Shown: positions 39,449-52,345, counted from the stretch's first letter. The stretch is 64,000 nucleotides of DNA from Octopus sinensis (GCF_006345805.1 NC_043000.1:162874001-162938000); one strand, 5' to 3'. The notes: a model not told the origin generated them from the sequence alone. Program-made: numbers and translations.

Positions 39449-39561
39449 ACATATATATACATATATAACATATACATACATATATACACGCATACATACA
39501 TACATACATACATACATCCATACATACATACATATATACACATACACACACCCACACGTAT
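38331..39561 (-). repeat. Left arm of ~1.25-kb inverted repeat (probable Penelope-like 3' terminal region)
   Basis: Colinear reverse complement of 42728-43980, including unique blocks 38331-38610 and 39061-39360 and the intervening microsatellite pattern. Confidence 0.9.
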
Positions 39562-39739
39562 ACATATACATACATATATACGCGCATGCATACACATACA
39601 AATACATACACATACACATATACATGTACATACATACATATATATATATATATATACATATACACATACTCTTTTACTCTTTTACTCTTTTACTTGTTTC
39701 AGCCATCCGGCTGAAGCCATGCTGGGGCACCGCCCTTGT

Positions 39740-41640
39740 TGCTACCCTCTCTAAGTCCAGTTTGCCGTGGCTGGCCACTGATCTAAGAGAGAGTTTGTAG
39801 CTGCTGCCCTTAGGTTACCTTCCTACCTTGCAGTGGGTTCATCTGGGATCCCGGAAAGCAGCTTGTCTAGATCGCATCATGTAGATCTCTTAGTTTTCTT
39901 GGCAGTTGTTGAACAGCTGAGGGCCCTGAACCCCAGGCTATTACAGTATCTGCTCCTTACCCTGGATGTGGAAGACGGGACCTTTGGGCACACACACAGT
40001 GACGTCCTGTACGGGGATTGGAACAGCTCTCAATTCCAAAATTTGGTGCTAGTCCCTCCAGGATTTTCCATATGTATATCACTGCATATCTCTCTCGTCT
40101 TCGTTCCAAGGAGTACAAATTGAGTTCCCTAAGCCTCTCCCAATAGTTCTTTCTTTCATGGTGGAAATCCTCTTGGTGAAATGTCTTTGGATTGTCTCAA
40201 GCTCTGTGATTAGTTTGACACTATGCGGTGACCACAAGTTGGGAGCAGTAGCCAGGCGGCTTAGGACAAATGTCCTCCATAGTGTCAACATGGTCTCGCA
40301 GTCTCTTGTCCGGAATGTCCTCAGGATCCAGCCAGTGAGTCGTCTGCACATTGTCGCCACCTTCGCGATGTGTGAAGAAAAAGATGCATCGTCACTCTGT
40401 CTATCCCCAGGTCCCGTATTGATTTCGATACTGGGATTTCGATCCCTCCTGGACCAGTATAGTTGTGTTGTATGTATATGTGTTTACAGCTTGATATTGT
40501 AAGGCTTGAAATTACCAGCATTAAATTGCATTGTTGTTGTCTTCAGCATTTGTATATGGCATCCAGATCTTGTTGTAAAAGGTCCAGCATCAGCTGGGTT
40601 TTTGATTGCCTGTGCTACCTTGTGTCTCAGCATAGCTAGTGAGGGATGTTGTTTGTGCTACCAAGGGCATGTCAGAGAGCGCCACCAAAAAAGCAAGGGT
40701 CCCAAGACTGTGCCCTGTGGCACCCCGCTTGCTATTGGTGTCTTTCCCGAGAGGGCTCCATTGGCTGCAACCATCTGGCTTCTGTCCTTCAGGAAGTCAT
40801 GTATCCACTCACCTACTTTTCCTGTTATGCCGATTCTGAGTAATTTGTGACATATCACTCCGTGGTCGACTTGTCAAAGGCCTTCGCAAAGTCGAGATAT
40901 ACCACATCCACCTGTGAGCGATCCAGTAGTTGTTTCAGTACCCATCGTAGTGTTGTTAAACAGCTGCGTAAGGCAGCTTCTTCCTGGGCGAAAGCCATGC
41001 TGTGTGTCAGTGAGACGGTAGTTTCTTCGAGGAACGTGATCAGTTTTTTTCTGATGATTCGTTCCATGACCTTACTTATGTGTGACGTCAGGGAGACTGG
41101 CCTGTAGTTTTTGGCCTCTGCTCTACTCCTCCTTTGTGGATATAGGGCATATGGTGCCTTCTTTTAGCGCCCTGGGCAGTTTACCGTTAGCCAAGGAACC
41201 ACTGAAGAGCTTCTTCAGTGGTCCCGCTAGGGCATGCCTGCATGTTTTTTAGGAGGACCGCTGGGGAATCCATCTGTCCAGCAGCTGAGTTTATTCTCAT
41301 TTCTTCTATGGCAGATATTACATCCCTCTCTGTTATGTCTATGTGGTCGATGGTTGTTGTTTGGTTTTGGGGGGTGTTGTGGCATCAAAGAAAACTTCTG
41401 GGTTTATGATTTGCATGTGCCCCAGAGGGGATGTGAACACACTTTTATACTGTTCCTTTAGTATTTCACTTATCCCTTGGGGGTCCTCAGTTAGAGAGCC
41501 CTTTTTATCAAAGAGTGGGCCAATCTTGCAGTGTACCGAGGTGGTTTCTTTCGCAAATTTAAAGAAGGCTTTAGGGTTGGTTTTAATATTCTCTATGGCC
41601 CTGGCTTCTCTCTCTGCCCTCTCCTTCTCATAGGAAAGTT
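39740..41640 (-). pseudogene. CR1-group LINE fragment (RT region to 3' end), many frameshifts
   Basis: PVSLTSHISKVMERII, VDVVYLDFAKAF, SGVPQGTVLGPLLF, LWRTFVLSRL, NSFRVQGPQLFN. Confidence 0.8.
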
Positions 41641-41735
41641 TGAGTGCAGTTTCCGTTTCAAAGGCTTACACATACATATATATGTATGTGTAAGGCTTAC
41701 ACATACATATATATGCAGTTTCCGTTTCAAAGGCT

Positions 41736-42720
41736 CACGGTTGAAGGGGGGGGTGTACCAGCTAATGTGTCTTCGTCTATTTTTCCTGGGTTGGCGTGGG
41801 GCTATACTAGTATAGGTAATCTTTTCTTTAAAGCCACTGCGGGCCAGGGCCTCTGTAATAGGGGGCTGCGGCCTTAAAGATATCTTCCGTGGCGGACAGG
41901 CTAGAAATTCTAATTGAGACACTTTTTACTAGGTTATCTAATATATTTTTGGGGTGGTTGGAATTAATATCTATATATCTAAGGGATTCATTTGGTTTGT
42001 GGTACGGGTAATAAAGTGAGTTTTTAAGTCGAGGGTGAAGTCGAGGAAGTTAGCTTTGGTTAAGTTGGATTCTAAGGTAATCCTAATGCCTAAGTTTTTA
42101 AAGAAGGTGTAAAGATTTTTCCGGAACCCATCCGTGGTCCTGGGGTTTATTTTGTGGAGGGCGAAAAGGCCGTCATCGCCGCGGTAAAAGACCCGGAGAG
42201 GCCTGTGAATAGGGTTTTCAGCCTATGGAGGTATGAAAAGGCCCACTAGGTCACTTATTTCAGCCGAGTCGTTAGCACCCATGCTGACGTCGAAAGGGGG
42301 TCACAGATTTTTTGTTGATCCAGTGGGATCCGTCATGGAAAAGAAAAGTCTTACGTGCGTGGGGGATCACATCTTGCTCGGCCTCGGTGATGGTGGAGGA
42401 CCTCCTGGCGAAGTTAATCGCGTCGATCAGCAAGCTCTCCGATATGGAGGCGTAGTAATCCTCGATATCCAGTTGTAGGAATCGGGTGTTGCTTTTGTCA
42501 GGTAAATCCCGGAACCAGGTTATTACCTCGGAGGTCCTATTCCAGATTGGAAGGGGTGAAGCTTCACGCATTTTTGGTAAAATCCTGTCCAGGATCTTCT
42601 TGCTGACGGATCCGATGTCAGACTTGGTTGGGTTAATCAAACGGACCGACGGTTTATTTTCGAAATGGTCTTTGTGGTCTTTCAGGGTGAAGTGTGGGGA
42701 CTTCACCCTCAGGGGTTCAG
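41736..42720 (-). pseudogene. Penelope-like reverse transcriptase fragment with linker
   Basis: FTLKDHKDHFENKPSVRLINPTKSDIG...FLQLDIEDYYASI and RRHISWYTPPFN are Penelope RT and linker motifs. The GIY-YIG domain is absent. Confidence 0.85.
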
Positions 42721-42727
42721 TTCGGTC

Positions 42728-42836
42728 ATACGTGTGGGTGTGTGTATGTGTATATATGTATGTATGTATGGATGGATGTATGTATGTATGTATGCGTGTA
42801 TATGTATGTTGTATATGATATATATGTATATATATG

Positions 42837-42870
<34 letters not shown>

Positions 42871-43980
42871 ATATATATTATAATATATATATATATGTAT
42901 GTATGTGTATGTAGGTGTATATGTATGTGTGTATATATATTTATTGGTGTATATGTATAGACTAGCCTTCTAAGAGTGTAGACATGAATCTGTAGGTACG
43001 CGTACGTATGTGTATATACGTGAATGTATGTAGATGTATGTATGAATATAACGCGTGCGTGCGTGTATGCGTATGAGTGTACGAATGAGTGAGTGTGCGT
43101 GCTAATGAGTGTGCGTGCGTGAATGAGTGCTTGTTTTCAAGTAGAAAGAGATAATGGACTTGCTGTCATAGCCAAGATGCTTGTGACCAGCGGTCAAAGA
43201 TAACAAAAGTAACAAATGAGATAAAATTAAAATTAGGGAATGGTCTGGATTTGTATGTAAATGTGTGTATGTGTAGGTATGTATAGGTACACATATGTAT
43301 ATATATATATATGTATATATCTGTATATGTGTGTATGTGTATATATGTGTATATAGGGACTTGAATGTTGTGTGTGCATGTGTGTATGTGGATATGTGTG
43401 TGTACGCGTGTATGTGTATGTGTGTGTATGTATATATTTTTATGTGTGTATATGTATGTGTGGTCGTGTGTGTATATATAAATGTGTGTGTGTATATGTG
43501 TATGCATATGTGTGTGTGTGTGTATATATATATGTATGTGTATGTATGTGTGTATATATAGGTATATATATATATATGTATATATATGTGTAGATATATG
43601 TATGTATGTGTATGTGTATGTATATATATATATGTGTGTGTGTGTATGTATGTGTGTATGTATATGTGTGTGTGTGTGTGTGTATATGTATACATAAGTG
43701 TATAGGTATAAGTGAGAATCTCCTTATTTACCTAAAACTCGATTCTTTATATATTTTTTTCTCTTTTATTTATTTTTTGATCTAATTACCACTGACTCCT
43801 TGACCACTCCCCCAAGTATGATATTTTTGCGCTATGGCCTACCCCCAAAAAGTCCCGCATCACCACCCCTTTTAAACCTGCCTAAATGTATAAATGCCAA
43901 TACAATTCTTGTTAACTAGCTTCCTGAGATTTCTCTTGAATGAAACAGTTCTAGTCCTGTAGAAGCTCCCTCTATATAAT
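42728..43980 (+). repeat. Right arm of ~1.25-kb inverted repeat
   Basis: Matches 38331-39561 and begins within about 10 bp of the truncated 5' end of the Penelope RT. Confidence 0.9.
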
Positions 43981-44093
43981 ATATATATATATATATATAA
44001 TATATATATAATGTATATATATGATGTATGTATGTATATATATAGATATATATAGTATGTATATAGATATATATTATATAATATATATTATAG

Positions 44094-44132
<39 letters not shown>

Positions 44133-44201
44133 GTGTATATATATAGATATTATATATATCTGTATATATAGATATATATAATATATGTATTAATCTTATG
44201 T

Positions 44202-44352
<151 letters not shown>

Positions 44353-44365
44353 AATATATATAATA

Positions 44366-45200
44366 CAAAATGGGACAAGAACGCAAAATATCCGGACAGC
44401 TAGGTGATACAAAAAGGGGCAACAAAACATCATATATATATATATGCATATATGGGTACAGGACGTCGCCAACAGTAAACAAATGAGTTCAATACGCAAA
44501 TAGCGAGAGAAACAGATGGAAAACAGGACAAGTAACACAAAGAACGACACTTCATCAGCTGTCGGCTGTCTATCTGCTCATTTCGAGCATTGAACCGCAA
44601 TATGAGTCTTCGAAGGCAGTTGCTCCCATAAGTGCAAAAATAAAATTTGGGGTTTATAGGGGATCAAAGCTGGAAACAAAAACAGGACAGAGGAGACAAA
44701 GAAGGTACTTATGGGAGCAACTGTCTTCGAAGACTCATATTGTGGTTCAATGCTCATGGCGGCTGGCTGGACAGAGGTGGTTAGACAGGAGAGCTAGGAA
44801 GAAGGTGGAATGCTGGTGTTTAGATGACGAGAGTTGCAGAAATTCCAGGTAGAAGTCCGAAGTGTAGGAGGCTAAAGTAGGATAAAACTGGTGCGACCAC
44901 ATGAGCGTGCAATATAGTTGAAATTTACAGAAAATAACCAAAGACGAAAACAGTTGTATAAACAACAAACAGGTGTATTAGTTTAACGCTCGGGAAGGTG
45001 AGAAAGTTTTTTACGTTTTGAGCCTACGCTCTTCAACAGAAACGAACACGAGGAAATAGGGAGAGAATAAAATATTTTTTTAATTCTTTAAACTTTTGGA
45101 GCTAGCGGTCAATCATGGCGGCTGGGTGGACAGAGGTAGTTAGACAGGAGAGCTAGGAAGAAGGGGAGATAATAAAGTATTGGTGATCCCAAAATGAAGG
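44366..45200 (-). mobile_element. Probable Penelope-like 3' terminal region with internal inverted and direct repeats
   Basis: Shares the block at 555-670. Contains a 49-bp inverted repeat (44585-44633 / 44707-44755) and a ~50-bp direct repeat (about 44754 / 45114). Confidence 0.5.
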
Positions 45201-45404
45201 TGCACGTGCGTGTGTATGTGAGAGCGCGTGAGCGTGTGCGTGTGGATAGGGGCTGGTGACTTTGACGGGTGGATGTGTGCGTGGGTGTGTGTGTGTCTGT
45301 AATGTGTGGGTGTGTGGATGACGGCGTGGATGCTGGGAAGCGGTCAGTACTAGTGTGTGCGAGGTGGTGTGAAGTGGTGTGTGTGGTGTGGCAAGATGTG
45401 GTGT

Positions 45405-45503
45405 GGGGATGTGAGGGTTGGGTGTGGGTTTAGGGTGAGGATGTGGGTAGGGGTGGGGTAAGGTGGGTACGTGGGAGTGGGATGTGGGGTGGGATGTGTG
45501 GGT
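45405..45503 (+). other. G-tract cluster, potential G-quadruplex
   Basis: More than 10 GGG/GGGG runs with short spacers. Confidence 0.7.
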
Positions 45504-45959
45504 GTCTAAATTTCAACTATGTGTAATTATATGGCTTTGTCTGTATGTGTATGTAAGTACCATTATATGACTGGTGATTCGTTAAAACTACTCAGCGACA
45601 CAAATATACAAGTACACTATTATATATTTCGGTTTGGAAGTAATTTCTATTCGATGATATTAGTCACTTCAAATGCCAGACTCATGTCTACTTACATTAA
45701 TGGCTGTTACATAATTGTAAGTACATATAAGTTCGGACATGCATTCATACATAGAAACACACATGGTTGCTCACATATAATAAGCTATACATAGTCAACC
45801 TGTCATGAATGCGTATATGAAAGGAACATTTTTTGTATACATGTAGATAGCAAAATCATCTACATAAGCATACGTACATTTATATATATATACGTGTACA
45901 CACACACTTTTATACATACACACAATTATATTGAAGTAATGTTTATTGCTACATCAAAA

Positions 45960-46330
45960 TGGCTATTCGACTTTTGTATCGTTTTCGACTCCAGGAAAAG
46001 CCTCCTCCAGCTGGTTATTGATGCAGTCTGCACCCGGTATATATTAGGCACAAATAGCCTGAAACCGTTAGGTCTGGTGATCTTATCGTCTGTTAGAAGA
46101 CGGTAGAAGTTCAATACCACGTTGAGCCATAAGCTCTTTTGCATCTTTCTAAAAGCACCACTGTGTTTGTTGATTCTTTTGAGATTTTATTGTAGAAATT
46201 GAGTGGCGTATTAAATTTTGACTTCAACACTTAAAGATCTCTACATGTAGAGAATGCATACCGGAAGACTTGCAGTTGTTCAGTTTCCTTTAAAGTGTAT
46301 CGTGTCTGCATATTATCGAGTCAATGGCAT
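45960..46330 (-). pseudogene. Degraded CR1/L2-like RT C-terminal remnant
   Basis: SLWLNVVLNFY and IYRVQTASITSWRR loosely match LVRPVLEY and LSY.ERL...SLE.RR. Confidence 0.3.
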
Positions 46331-46798
46331 GCAAGAAATAGTTGATAGTTACGCTAAAAATTCATGGGATGTGATAAATAGTTACTAAATCATATTATTG
46401 TAGCAGAATATCATCAGCCTGAAATCGAACCAAAGCTGGTGAGCAGATAGAATGATAAACGAGACACCAATAGCGTCCATGCCATGAGGGTCTATATAAT
46501 CCAATGCATTCTTCTTTATATAAGAGAGTGGGTGGGAAAGTTATTCGAAAGAGATTTAGCTGCTATGTCTAGCAAGTCAAGTGGTGCACAGAGCGTTGCG
46601 CACAGGTTTACGCGTCGACGTGCACTTTTCCTCGTTAATTGGAATTTTAGTTACAAATAAGGTGTGGCTTTGTGGTAAGAAGCGGCACAAAGAGCAAGGG
46701 TCTTCCATCATAGATCCGGCCCAATCAAAACATTTGAGTAAATTTAGTAAGAGCAAAATGAAAGACGGCAGGCCACTGTTTGTCTGTCTGTCTGTCTG

Positions 46799-46837
<39 letters not shown>

Positions 46838-47097
46838 ATCTATCTATCTATCTATCTATCTTTCTATCTTTCTATACCGTATATATGTGTGCGTGTGTAT
46901 ACATATCGTAAAAGAAAATTGTAGTCAACTAAACCTGACTAAGGGTGTGAATGACACCTAAATTGCTAGAAATAGGAGCTAAAATGCTCCAGTATCCTGG
47001 CCGTGGCCCCTGTGTCTCTCCATTATGTTTACTGTGGGTTTATCTTGTGGACCAGGGATGTAGCTCCAGATTTCTGGCTATTGTGTATATGTACACG

Positions 47098-47145
<48 letters not shown>

Positions 47146-47153
<8 letters not shown>

Positions 47154-47243
47154 TAAATGAAAGAATGGAGTCGAACGAAGATGTTAACAAAAGGAATTTT
47201 GTTAACATCTTCGTTCGACTCCATTCTTTCATTTATTCATATA
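47146..47243. repeat. Perfect hairpin: 47-bp arms, 4-nt GGAA loop
   Basis: tatatgaataaatgaaagaatggagtcgaacgaagatgttaacaaaa-ggaa-ttttgttaacatcttcgttcgactccattctttcatttattcatata. Confidence 0.97.
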
Positions 47244-47471
47244 CAACACACAAATTTCTGCACATGAACCCGGAGTTTCTATCCTTGGACAGGTCGCTTC
47301 AACCGTATTTCTGACGTGAATTTGCTACCCAGGTTTCGTTAAACGAATTTTCCATGCTGACGATAACATAGGATAATTCATCACCTACTTATATATATAT
47401 AATATATATATATATATATAATACATACATATATAATTATATATATATATATTATATATATATATAATATA

Positions 47472-47532
<61 letters not shown>

Positions 47533-47812
47533 TATAATATACATATATTCATACATATATATTTATGTATGCTTACACACACACACATGTGTATGTGTGT
47601 GTATGTGTGTGCACGCATACACAATCTATATATATGTATATAGGCTACCATTCCGTTAAGATAAGATCAACAAAATCCTACTCCAACCAGTGTGAGGTAA
47701 ATATCATATAATGGTCACAGTATAAAGATACGAGCTACTAATAGTTCCCACAGCAAGAAACTATTAGTAATTCTTATCTTTATACTGTTTACATTATTGA
47801 TATATATATATA

Positions 47813-47847
<35 letters not shown>

Positions 47848-47850
47848 GTA

Positions 47851-47893
<43 letters not shown>

Positions 47894-47925
47894 ATATATA
47901 TATATATATTATATATATATATATA

Positions 47926-47970
<45 letters not shown>

Positions 47971-47991
47971 ATACTTGCACACGCTTATATA

Positions 47992-48170
47992 GGCGCAATG
48001 GCCCGGTGGTTAGGAAAGCGAACTCGCGGTTGTAGGATCACGGTTTCGATTCCCAGACCGGGCGTTGTTGGTGTTTATTGAACCCTGCTGCACTCTTTCA
48101 CCACAACTTTCTCTTAGTCTTTCTTCCTATTTTCAGAGGGCCAACCTTGTCATACCCTGTGTCACGTTGA
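47992..48170 (+). mobile_element. SINE family B head, internally deleted, different 3' part
   Basis: ggcgcaatggcccggtggttagg...ggtttcgattcccagaccgggcgttg. Confidence 0.75.
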
Positions 48171-48203
48171 ATCTTCCGGGGAAGATATAAATATATATAT
48201 ATA

Positions 48204-48613
48204 GGCGCAGGAGTGGCTGTGTGGTAAGTAGCTTGTTTACGAACCACATTGTTCCGGGTTCAGTCCTACTGCGTGGCACCTCGGGTAAGTGTCTTCTACT
48301 ATAGCCTCGGGCTGACCAAAGCCTTGTGAGTGGATTTGGTAGACGGAAACTGAAAAGAAGCCCGTCGTATATATCTATATATATATATATGTGTGTGTGT
48401 GTTTGTGTGTCTGTGTTTGTCCGCTTAGCATTGCTTGACAACCGATGCTGGTGTGTTTACGTCTCCGTAACTTAGCGGTTCGGCAAAAGAGACCGATAGA
48501 ATAAGTACTGTGCTTACAAAAGAATAAGTCCCGGGGTCGAGTTGCTCGATTAAAGGCGGTGCTCCAGCATGGCCGCAGTCAAATGACTGAAGCAAGTAAG
48601 AGAGTAAAGAGTA
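48204..48613 (+). mobile_element. SINE family A, full copy
   Basis: Close match to 31-420. A degenerate second 3' module follows at about 48660-48845. Confidence 0.85.
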
Positions 48614-49462
48614 TATATATATATATATATATACATATGCGTACATATTCTTGTGTGCGTTTGTGTTTGTTGGCTACCGGTATGATTTCTTTACGTTTCC
48701 GTAAAATAGCGGTTCGGCAAAAGACTCCGATAGAGTAAGAACCTGACTTTAAAATAAGTATTAAGGTTGATTTATTCGACTAAACACTCCAAATTGTTGC
48801 CCCAACATGGCCGCAGTTAAAACACTGAAACAAGCAAAAGATAAAAAATAAAAGAGATCACTTTGAGATACTCATCACGTTCTCTTGTAGTAACTATGGC
48901 AATGATATCAGAAGTGGTTTCGGTGAGTGAACATCTCTACTTTAAACTTTTCACCTTTCTGTCAAGTCATCTGTTTTTAACATCTCGACTTTATATTCCA
49001 TCTTCGTCGTTTTTGCCTTCATAACTGTTTGCTTCAGTGTTTATATTCATGCAATGACATCACTGAATGAACACATCGCCTTTTGACAAAGAGAAAATGA
49101 CAAAGCGAGAATGAAAGAGAGAGAGAGGGGGAGTTAAAGAGAAAGACAGATTGGGGAAGGCAGACTGACGGATCCAGAGAGAAAGAGGCGAAGAGAACAG
49201 GAAGGACGAAGGAACAGATGTGACAGCAGGGCAGTAAAAACAATATTTCAATATTGAGTTCTATAACAATCATCAGTCACCTCTTGCTACTATGACACGC
49301 ACACATACAAACACTTATACATATATATGTGTGTATATATGCATGTTTATATGACACAGTCTTGTTTCTCTTTACTTACACTTTGATGCTTACATGAATA
49401 TATACATACAAGACGATCCAAATGATATCTAAATGTTTAAACAATATATAGAGCCTGTTTCT

Positions 49463-49928
49463 GAGTCCAGAAGCTGGCTACCCGCATGGTTCATGGTCTC
49501 AAAAATTTGTCCTACGAAGAAAGGCTGAGGACGCTCGACCTTTATTCTCTTGAAAAACGCCGCCGCCGTGGTGATCTCATTCTCGCCCACAACATCATAA
49601 GCGGAAAGTGTAACCTCTCGAAAGAGCTGTTCTTCACTCCTGCTCCAGAGCGTCGGCTGCGGGGTCATTCCGAAAAGCTCTACCTGCGACGATTTCATCT
49701 CAATCGAAGGAGAGGAGCTTTCTCCGTCCGGGTTGCAGATCCGTGGAACAAGCTGCCAGACGAGATGGGAAGATGCCGACGACCGCTTTGTTCAAAGCCT
49801 CCCTTGACTCAAGTCGCCTGAACTCTTTACATGACACCACCCTGTACTTAACTCCATGTCCCCCTACATGGCCTTGCTATTTGCTTTTGAGCCAAATTAA
49901 CTAACTAACTAACTAACTAACAAACTAA
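49463..49928 (+). mobile_element. 3' fragment of the same CR1-group family as 6375-9695
   Basis: Near-identical to 9243-9695, including the (AACT)n tail. Confidence 0.92.
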
Positions 49929-50012
49929 AATCCAGCTCCAACTCTGTTGGTGAGAAAACCGAAAACACACAGACGTGCGTACACGTATGTATGTGTGTAT
50001 GCATATGAGGAG

Positions 50013-50339
50013 ACTCCTTTCTGTCATGAATGACCATAGGATTGCGCCTAGAAAGTTACCCTCCGAGGCACAAGTGCGGGCAAGGTTGTTTATGGAAGGC
50101 CAGCAGTCCCCCATGTATACCAGCCTCACCTCTCCACACCACTGATGTTATCCAAGGGAAAGGCAAAGGGGCCGATACAGCTTAGCACCAGTGATGTCGC
50201 AACTCATTTCTACAGCTGAGTTAACTGGAGCAACGTGAAATAAAGTGTCTTACTCAAGAACACAACACGCAGCCCAGTCCACGAATCGAACTCACGACCT
50301 CACGATCGTAAGCTCGACGCTCTAACCACTAAGCCATAC
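50013..50339 (-). mobile_element. SINE family D (tRNA-derived)
   Basis: Minus strand: tggcttagtggttagagcg (A box), gagttcgattc (B box), then gtgttgtgttcttgagtaagacacttta, a typical SINE central domain. Confidence 0.7.
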
Positions 50340-51318
50340 ATACATGTGCATATATTTACACACACACAAATGTATGATCGATTCAGTTTGACTGCCAATT
50401 TTCGAAAATTCGAAGTTTATTGAAAATTTGAAAATTTCGTACATTGATATAGTTTTCTAAGTTGAATCTCAGAAGATATTTCACTTTTTCCAGAAAAGTT
50501 TTTTTTACAAAGATATAGAGATTTAAAGTTTGATAATTTTCACACAGTTAGAAAACAGGATTTGGAAGCTGTCATTTGGTACGTGACAGCACGTCTTGTC
50601 AACTGTGAACAAATGAAATTTTGGTGGAATCTAGATTTATGCACCTCGTATAATCTCTCATAAATTTTTTATATTTTGGAATTTTCTGGAATTTATACGA
50701 TTATACAAAAACCAAAACAAAAAATTGGGGGATACGTGATTTAAGGCCTACTTAGCTGTTACTTTTGGCACACGTCACCACCACCTCAGTGAATAGAATA
50801 TATTTGTCAACGCGTGCTTTCCTCCAAACGGAAGAGTTATGTTTGGCTTGTTACTATGGAAACAAGCATGAATGTGTCTGTGGCTTGCGGTTGGCTAAAA
50901 TTACTCAAATTTTGTTTACTCTTTGTTTATTGATATATGGTGAAAATGAATTTCAAGGCATCAATTAGCATATAAAACTATATCATTACACAGAATATGA
51001 AATCAATTCCAACAGAAATTGAAGAGGTTGAAAATTGGCGGCTAAACAGAAGAGATCGCAAAAGTGTGGGGGGGGGTGCGCGCGTGTATCTTTCTTGTGG
51101 TTTCTCATGCACCACAAATAGAACTGACCGTGTGCTCAGGCCTGAAGATTCCTTGAAGACACAAAGCGCGTTATAAAAAGCTGCCTAGCCACATGTCTTC
51201 ATAGCAAGACATCAAATAAATGGAGTACTTTTTTACTTAACGGAACAGACTGGGTGTATGTGTATGTGTGCACGTGCTTGTATAAATATATATATATATA
51301 TTATATATATGAATATAG

Positions 51319-51349
<31 letters not shown>

Positions 51350-51369
51350 TGTATGTATGTATGTGTGGA

Positions 51370-51655
51370 GGCGCAATGGCCCAGTGGTTTGGGCAGTGGA
51401 CTCGCGGCCGGAGGATCGCGGTTTCGATTCCCAGACCGGGCGTTGTGTGTGTTTATTGAGCAAAAACACCTAAAAGCTCCACGAGGCTCCGGCAGGGTGG
51501 GGGGGGCGACTCTGTTGTACTCTTTCGCCCAACTTTCTCTCACTCTTTCTTCCTGTTTCTAGTAACGCTGCGATGGACTGGCGTCCCGGGGTGAACACAT
51601 ACACCATAGAAACCGGGAAACCGGCCCACGAGCTTGGCTAGGCTTGAAAAGGGCG
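51370..51655 (+). mobile_element. SINE family B head and body with a V-domain-like 3' part
   Basis: Family B head, then ctgcgatggactggcg and gaaaccgggaaaccggcc. The tail recurs reverse-complemented at about 53080-53152. Confidence 0.75.
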
Positions 51656-51822
51656 CATAAATAACAAAGATGTATGTATGTATGTATTTATAAATATATA
51701 TGCGTTCGTGTTTGTGCGTGTGCATGTGTGTGTATTCGTTCTCGCGTCTATATGTGCACGTGAGTGGTGTGGAAAGATGTGTGAAGACGCTTAAACTTTC
51801 GATTGCCTAGTCTTGCAAGCAA

Positions 51823-52125
51823 TCTGTGCACACATCTTTCTGTGAATACGCATTGCGCAGACTACTGTTTTAAACATGCACTGTGCAGAGGTCTTGGTTT
51901 AAATATGCACTGTGCAGACAGCTGTCTTAAATATGCAGTTTGCAGACATGCTGCTGTAAATATGTATTATGTACAAGTGCAGCTGCAATTATATTCTGTG
52001 CAGGCTGCCGACATGTAACTGTGCGTACTGAGAGGACATGTAAACCGTGCACAGGGATTAATGTAGAAGCGATGATGCATCTAAGTATTGTGCACACATG
52101 CTTGTAAAACATCTGCTGTGCATTC
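51823..52125. repeat. Degenerate ~30-bp minisatellite built on tgcactgtgcaga
   Basis: aaacatgcactgtgcaga, aaatatgcactgtgcaga, aaatatgcagtttgcaga and further decayed units. Confidence 0.6.
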
Positions 52126-52345
52126 GAAATGCAGTTGCTTCCCTTTTTGTTGATGTTTAGCCCTTGGTCAGAGATACTCGTACAGACTTATAAACATACG
52201 AACATATTTTCACTTGTTTTTTGGTCGGACTACAATAAGAATCTGATTAGCTCCTGGCACATTCTTCTCTAAGGTAGCTGGCGATGACATACCTGATATC
52301 ACTAACAAGTCAAGCGTAAATGCTCATTCGTTGGCTTCTTGTTAC

